A stretch of DNA of 64,000 nt from positions 457 through 64,456 of the forward strand of contig NZ_JANNDR010000585.1 in assembly GCF_031378165.1 (NCBI RefSeq), given 5' to 3'. Numbering within the stretch: position 1 is the first letter of the stretch; the number at the start of each line of letters is the position of its first letter. Position numbers and translations under genes: made by a program. Below the pieces are notes generated by a model. It saw only the letters and a list, made by a program, of their open reading frames with translations. It was not told where the DNA came from and ran no database searches. The DNA comes from Chamaesiphon sp. OTE_75_metabat_556. GTDB taxonomy: Bacteria; Cyanobacteriota; Cyanobacteriia; Cyanobacteriales; Chamaesiphonaceae. Of this stretch, positions 58,828-64,000 are shown piece by piece.

Positions 58828-59811
58828 ATGGCAAAAAATAAATTTGATATCACCGCCGAAGAACTAGCAAAAGGTCTAGGCATCAGTTTGGTGCGTCTTT
58901 ATGAAGTCGTAGATTTCTTTGATGCTGACTCCAAAGATGAGTGGGAACTGAAAGAGGGAGAGCATTTTGTTTGGCTGATAAAAAATGCCAAAACCCGTAC
59001 CTTTTCAGAGTTTGGTGCATTTGCGATCGCCAAGTATTTAGAAGATACTCAGCCTCAAAATATTTGGGATAGATTCAAAGAATTCCTTTTTCAGTACAAA
59101 GCTAAGTTGCGACGAGCCTTCATTCGTAAGCAAGTCTTAAACAACTGCTCTTCCCTCACTATTCACAATGGTCGAATATATCTTTCTAAGTCAGATTCAG
59201 TAAGCATTCTGATGACCAGTCATGCCAGAATCAATAAAGCTTTTGAAGCTTTGTTAATCTCAGATCCCTCGCTAGAAAAAGGACTTGATTTTAATGATTT
59301 TGAAGACAAAAGATTTTATAGTCTCCGAGGGTTTGAAACAATATGCCACTTACTCAGTAAAGAACTGACATTGAAAGATCGACGAGAATGGTGCAAAGAA
59401 GTGACAATTGCTGGGCCAGAAGTAATGCAAAAACTGATGGATGCTGAGATGGCCTTCGAGAGCAAGGTTGAAGCAGCTAAAAAAGCTGTTAGGAAAAAAG
59501 ATGGCGATCGGTGTCAAGCTACTGGGCAAAAGGATAGCCCAGCACAACGCATGACGGTGAATGTTCATCATATTTTTTGTCGTCAGCATTATCCTGATAT
59601 CGCAGCTTCTCAAGACAACCTCGTTACCCTGAACAAAGTAGTTCATGATAATTTCCATTCATGGAATGGCAAAGTACCATGTACAGCCGATCGGCTAATC
59701 GAGTTCCTGGCTATTCACCACCCAGAAGCTGAAACTCTCACACTGAGGCTACACTATACGAATAAGGTGTATCAGCACATCAAGACCAAAAGCTTGGTAG
59801 CCGCCAAATAA
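58828..59811 (+). CDS. HNH endonuclease with N-terminal ORF6N/antirepressor-like repeats
   Basis: C-terminal KDGDRCQATG...VHHIF...NLVTLNKVVHDNFH; N-terminal LKEGEHF...FSEFGAFAIAKYL and LEKGLDF...YSLRGFETI. Confidence 0.7.
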   Translation: MAKNKFDITAEELAKGLGISLVRLYEVVDFFDADSKDEWELKEGEHFVWLIKNAKTRTFSEFGAFAIAKYLEDTQPQNIWDRFKEFLFQYKAKLRRAFIRKQVLNNCSSLTIHNGRIYLSKSDSVSILMTSHARINKAFEALLISDPSLEKGLDFNDFEDKRFYSLRGFETICHLLSKELTLKDRREWCKEVTIAGPEVMQKLMDAEMAFESKVEAAKKAVRKKDGDRCQATGQKDSPAQRMTVNVHHIFCRQHYPDIAASQDNLVTLNKVVHDNFHSWNGKVPCTADRLIEFLAIHHPEAETLTLRLHYTNKVYQHIKTKSLVAAK

Positions 59812-59844
59812 GGAGTTGCTACAGGATAGTCCTCAACTGCTGAG

Positions 59845-60005
59845 CAATTCGCAGCTATCAGTTTCGATTTCACAGCCCACTTACAACAAGCTCCAAGCTG
59901 GGTTAAAACTCGCTTGGCAGTATTTTGGCGTTGTCTTCAGATTCAGGTAGTCCCTGACCGCTACAGCATCATCTAGCGTTAAGTCTGGAAACCGATCGAT
60001 ATAAA
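59845..60005 (-). pseudogene. Tyrosine integrase remnant (core-binding/SAM-like region, frameshifted)
   Basis: DRFPDLTLDDAVAVRDYLNLKTTP / TAKRVLTQLGACCKWAVKSKLIAAN resembles cyanobacterial phage-integrase segments; lies next to the tRNA att site. Confidence 0.6.
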
Positions 60006-60037
60006 CTGATACCCGACCTGCCTATGAGTAGAAACTC

Positions 60038-60060
60038 AAAAACCCCGCACATGGCGAGGT
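60038..60060 (-). terminator. Intrinsic terminator after tRNA-Lys
   Basis: Minus strand ACCTCGC-CATGT-GCGGGGT followed by a T run. Confidence 0.6.
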
Positions 60061-60069
60061 CTGAGGGGA

Positions 60070-60141
60070 TGGGTAACCCGAGGCTCGAACTCGGAACCAA
60101 CGGATTAAGAGTCCGATGCTCTACCATTGAGCTAGTTACCC
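60070..60141 (-). tRNA. tRNA-Lys (anticodon CTT)
   Basis: GGGTAACTAGCTCAATGGTAGAGCATCGGACTCTTAATCCGTTGGTTCCGAGTTCGAGCCTCGGGTTACCCA folds as a cloverleaf; CCA not encoded. Confidence 0.95.
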
Positions 60142-60567
60142 TGGTAATTTCTCCTATTTTAGCACCAAACCAATTACCAATTATTAATATGAAGCTCTGA
60201 AGTTGGTCAACCTCATCTATGATGGAGACTACAGCTAAGTTTGGGCGCGCTCGATCGCAATTTATGCTACTTCAGTTTCGCGAAGTATGATGGCCGAGAA
60301 ATGCCTTGACCATAAACGATTTGAGGCCATCGAGGCGATCCGAGACGCGCTGTCTCTACAAGTTTGCCTGTCAAATATCACACTCGATCACCCGTCATCA
60401 CTGCGTCATCAACAGTTAGCGATCGTCAATTCCAAGATCGGCGTTAACAGCGGCTAGCAACAGTCGAAGCTCTAAAATCGCTTGAATTTGCTAGATTCGG
60501 TCTCATCTACGTTTCCGCCCTTAGGGTAACATCTTTCACTAACCAGTCCGCTACATCTGATCTGCTT

Positions 60568-62208
60568 ATGAATTACTCTGCAACTGCCCGTAAGTCTTTC
60601 GTTGTTACTACGCCACTGTATTATGCAAATGATATTCCCCATATCGGTCATGCCTATACGACGATGGCCGCAGACGCGATCGCCAGATGGCAGCGACTCA
60701 AGTACCGAGATGTCCTATTAATTACTGGTACGGACGAGCACGGCCAAAAAATCGAGCGGACGGCACTGGCAGCAGGGGTCGATCCCCAACTCTATTGCGA
60801 TCGGATCGCCGCCAAATTTGACTCGCTGTGGAGCAAGCTGGACATTCGCTATGACAGATTTAGTCGGACGACAGCACCCAATCATCAGCTAATTGTCAAA
60901 GATTTTTTCCAGCGGGCTTGGGATGGCGGGGATATTTACAAAGGCACCCAACAAGGTTGGTACTGTGTTTCCTGTGAGGAATTTAAGGAGGAACGAGATC
61001 TCTTAGCAGATAAACACTGTCCGTTACATCCGAGCAAACAAGTCGAATGGCGCGACGAAACTAATTACTTTTTTAGACTGTCTAAATATCAAACCCAACT
61101 AGAGGCTTTATACGCCGAGCGTCCCGATTTTATTCTGCCCAATAGTCGGCGCAATGAGGTCTTAAAGTTTGTTGCCCAAGGTTTGCAAGATTTCTCAATT
61201 TCTCGCGTGAATGTCGATTGGGGTATCCCATTTCCAGCCGATCCCCAGCAAACAATTTATGTCTGGTTTGATGCGCTAGTGGGATATATTACTGCCTTGC
61301 TCGATCCCGATGTCGAGCCGACTTTGGAAAATGCTTTGCAGCAGCGGTGGCCGATTAATGTCCATTTAATCGGTAAAGATATTCTTCGCTTTCATGCTGT
61401 ATATTGGCCGGCGATGTTAATGTCGGCGGGATTGCCATTACCCGATCGAGTATTTGCTCACGGTTACTTTACTAAAGATGGTAAAAAAATCAGCAAAAGT
61501 GAAGGCAATGCGATCGATCCGGTCGAATTAGTCGATCGCTATGGTGCCGAACCATTACGTTACTATTTTCTCAAAGGGATCGAATTCGGCCAGGATGGAG
61601 ATTTTAATGAAACGCGCTTTGCGGAAATTGTCAATGCCGATCTGGCTAATAATTTGGGGAACTTAGTCAACCGGACTTTAAATATGGCTAAAAAGTATTG
61701 CCAAGGACTAGTACCAAATTGCCATGCTGAAGATATCGATCCGAATCATCCCCTGAAAACAATTGGTCGAGAACTCGGGGCAAAAGTCAGTCTGGCGTAC
61801 GAAAATTTAGCCTTCAAAGATGCCTGTGAAGCGATTATCGACTTAGCCCACGCCAGTAATAAATACATCGACGATCTGGCTCCTTGGGCATTATTCAAGC
61901 AAGATAAACAGGCAGAATTAGCTGAGGTTTTGTATGCAGCCCTGGAGTCAGCTCGACTTTGTGCTTATCTCTTATCGCCGATCGTCCCTAAAATCAGTAC
62001 GGATATCTATCATCAGTTAGGATTAGAGGTGGACTTCGATCGAGTTTGTAACATCACAAACAACGCTACAGTAGATCCAGAGGGTTTAAAATTACCGAGT
62101 GACTGGGAACGTCACCAAGAATGGGGGATTCTGACAGCCAATAGTCTGCTGGGCGAACCCAAGCCAATTTTTGCCAAGCTAGAATTAACAAATGGTAGTG
62201 GAGGTTAA
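60568..62208 (+). CDS. metG: Methionine--tRNA ligase
   Basis: TTPLYYAN..PHIGHAY, TGTDEHGQK, YVWFDAL, GKDILRFH, KISKS. Confidence 0.97.
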   Translation: MNYSATARKSFVVTTPLYYANDIPHIGHAYTTMAADAIARWQRLKYRDVLLITGTDEHGQKIERTALAAGVDPQLYCDRIAAKFDSLWSKLDIRYDRFSRTTAPNHQLIVKDFFQRAWDGGDIYKGTQQGWYCVSCEEFKEERDLLADKHCPLHPSKQVEWRDETNYFFRLSKYQTQLEALYAERPDFILPNSRRNEVLKFVAQGLQDFSISRVNVDWGIPFPADPQQTIYVWFDALVGYITALLDPDVEPTLENALQQRWPINVHLIGKDILRFHAVYWPAMLMSAGLPLPDRVFAHGYFTKDGKKISKSEGNAIDPVELVDRYGAEPLRYYFLKGIEFGQDGDFNETRFAEIVNADLANNLGNLVNRTLNMAKKYCQGLVPNCHAEDIDPNHPLKTIGRELGAKVSLAYENLAFKDACEAIIDLAHASNKYIDDLAPWALFKQDKQAELAEVLYAALESARLCAYLLSPIVPKISTDIYHQLGLEVDFDRVCNITNNATVDPEGLKLPSDWERHQEWGILTANSLLGEPKPIFAKLELTNGSGG

Positions 62209-62325
62209 CGTAGGTTTAAATATGACGATCGATCATTGAGAAGACGACTGCTAGTTAGCTCAAATATATAAAACAACTTTTAAAACCGTCATTTTTTCTC
62301 AAATTTAAAATCACAAATTTCCATA

Positions 62326-62919
62326 ATGATGAATACTTTCAACCATGATGAAAATTCGATATTTTCAGCACAGCAAGTCTTGGAAAATCGGGGCAGAGTG
62401 GCAATTTTTGTCGATGGGTCTAACTTGTTTTATGCAGCATTGCAATTAAATATCGAAATCGATTACACCAAACTTTTAGCTCGGCTGACTGGTGGTTCGC
62501 GCCTATTGCGTTCGTTCTTTTATACTGGCGTCGATCGCACTAATGAGAAGCAACAAGGGTTTCTGCTGTGGATGAGGCGTAATGGTTATCGCGTGATTGC
62601 CAAAGATTTGGTGCAATTACCTGACGGTTCTAAAAAGGCCAATCTGGATGTGGAAATTGCCGTTGATATGATGGCTTTAGTGGGGTCTTACGATACCGCA
62701 GTGCTAGTCAGTGGTGATGGCGATCTCGCATACGCTGTCGATGCAGTGAGCTATCGTGGGGTACGCGTTGAAGTCGTCAGCTTGCGATCGATGACCAGCG
62801 ATAGTTTGATCAATGTCTCCGATCGCTACATCGATCTGGAAAATGTCAAAGAAGAGATTCAAAAAACACCCAGAAGCAGTAGTAATATTCTATCTGTCAC
62901 TCCTGACATCTGGACTTAA
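62326..62919 (+). CDS. NYN domain protein (LabA/DUF88)
   Basis: IFVDGSNLFY, KANLDVEIAVDM, LVSGDGD. Confidence 0.9.
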   Translation: MMNTFNHDENSIFSAQQVLENRGRVAIFVDGSNLFYAALQLNIEIDYTKLLARLTGGSRLLRSFFYTGVDRTNEKQQGFLLWMRRNGYRVIAKDLVQLPDGSKKANLDVEIAVDMMALVGSYDTAVLVSGDGDLAYAVDAVSYRGVRVEVVSLRSMTSDSLINVSDRYIDLENVKEEIQKTPRSSSNILSVTPDIWT

Positions 62920-62992
62920 CTTGAGGGAATAATTGCGATTTTCGCTTGTCTGTGTCGATGTGCTACCGCGCTAGCTGAAGCCAGCAATCGCT

Positions 62993-63040
62993 GTGGCACT
63001 ATCCAGCTAAATTACACGTCAATTAGCTGGATGGTGCCAC
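62993..63040. other. 18-bp stem-loop between the NYN gene and lptC
   Basis: GTGGCACTATCCAGCTAA...TTAGCTGGATGGTGCCAC, one G-T pair. Confidence 0.65.
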
Positions 63041-63084
63041 CAGCAGGGAGAAAATTCAAGATCGATCGCATAGTTGTGCTAAGC

Positions 63085-64000
63085 ATGAAAGTATACCGCT
63101 GGGTGGGGACGATCTCGATGATCGCAATATTGGGAATTAGCGGTTGTCGTCAGTCGCCACCGCCACAACCAACCCCAAAGCCTTCAGCGATCGAAGCAAA
63201 GCTAGAACTAGACAATCTGAGCTTCGAGCAAGTCGATAATCAAGGTAAGCTGCTGTGGAAAGTCCGCGCCCAGCATGGTGTCTATACTCCCGATCGCAAA
63301 CGCGCTAATGTTACCAAGTTAGTGGGCGATCTGTATCAAGACGGTAAAATTATCATGCACATTACCGCCAATACAGGGGAAGTCGAACAAGCCGGCGAAA
63401 AAGTAATTTTGCGTGGTGATGTCGTCACTAAAGAAATTCGCAATCAACTAGTTTTGAGCGGACAAGAAGTTGAGTGGCAACCAAAATTAGATTTACTCAC
63501 TATTCGTAATCGCGTCCAAGCCAATCAACCCAAATTTCAAGTTAATGCCAACGAAGGCAAATATCTCAGCCGCAAACAACAACTCGATCTCACCGGTAAG
63601 ATCACCGCTACATCTACCACGCCCCAATTGGCCATCCAGACAGAGCATCTCACCTGGCTAGTTAAAGATCGCCAAATTATTGGCGATCGCCCCACCCAGA
63701 TCCAACGTTATCGCAGCAATCGCATTACCGATCGAGCGACCGCTAATAGCTTCTCTAGCGCACTCGATCGTCAAATTATTAATTTGCAGCGTCAAGTCCA
63801 ATTGAATGCCACCGATCCGCTAATTCAGGTCAATGGTGAATCATTCTCTTGGGATCTCCAGCGAGAACTAGTCACAGCCGATCGACCCTTGAAGATCGTG
63901 CACGACCGCGAGGGTGTCACTTTTACGGCCGACGCTGGCCAATTAGACCTCAACGGATCGATCGCGACCCTGACCGGAAATGCCACTGGCATCGCCACCC
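63085..64000 (+). CDS. lptC: LPS export periplasmic protein LptC-like (runs off the window end)
   Basis: ATG 63085, lipobox ISGC, LDNLSFEQVDNQGKLLWKVRA; matches the cyanobacterial metG-NYN-lptC gene order. Confidence 0.75.
   Translation, partial: MKVYRWVGTISMIAILGISGCRQSPPPQPTPKPSAIEAKLELDNLSFEQVDNQGKLLWKVRAQHGVYTPDRKRANVTKLVGDLYQDGKIIMHITANTGEVEQAGEKVILRGDVVTKEIRNQLVLSGQEVEWQPKLDLLTIRNRVQANQPKFQVNANEGKYLSRKQQLDLTGKITATSTTPQLAIQTEHLTWLVKDRQIIGDRPTQIQRYRSNRITDRATANSFSSALDRQIINLQRQVQLNATDPLIQVNGESFSWDLQRELVTADRPLKIVHDREGVTFTADAGQLDLNGSIATLTGNATGIAT

Larger units (their letters stand above)
56808..60116. mobile_element. Degraded integrative element in the 3' end of tRNA-Lys
   Basis: 48-bp direct repeat 56808-56855 vs 60069-60116 (1 mismatch); TA genes, HNH gene and integrase remnant inside. 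Confidence 0.88.

Noticed and set aside
250-60000. Many 60-180 aa ORFs overlapping or antisense to identified genes (e.g. 1766-2101, 9196-9726, 39284-39781, 40593-41033)
   Set aside because: Shadow frames of well-supported genes with no motifs of their own.
1-64000. Extreme abundance of GCGATCGC/CGATCG
   Set aside because: This is the known cyanobacterial HIP1 signature; used only as a marker of native versus foreign DNA.

Overview
Cyanobacterial chromosome segment. The very dense GCGATCGC/CGATCG HIP1 sites, heptamer tandem repeats and PEP-CTERM protein look Chamaesiphon-like (inference). Most of it is housekeeping: aas, the pncB-nadD-nrtR-nadE NAD-salvage operon with its NrtR operator, zam and an active RNase II/R, ubiX, cyAbrB, ureG, rpmG-rpsR, scpB, recO, topA, spp, two peroxiredoxins, wzc/ugd/uxs, purF, murA, crtR, tRNA-Lys(CTT), metG, labA-like and a partial lptC. 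Three accessory patches stand out. (1) 4.5-8.1 kb holds a MavL-like macrodomain gene, a decayed two-gene module, and a complete integron-type cassette (HEPN-like gene plus attC). The cassette sits in an attI-like site backed by a 4-unit palindromic array of 42-bp period, with no integrase gene nearby. (2) 28-32 kb holds a secreted HExxH/vWA/RTX protein locus. (3) 56.8-60.1 kb is a collapsed island in tRNA-Lys with mazEF, higBA and integrase remnants, plus a J-domain / ORF6N-like-HNH gene pair. All calls come from reading the sequence and recalled motifs; no database searches were run.
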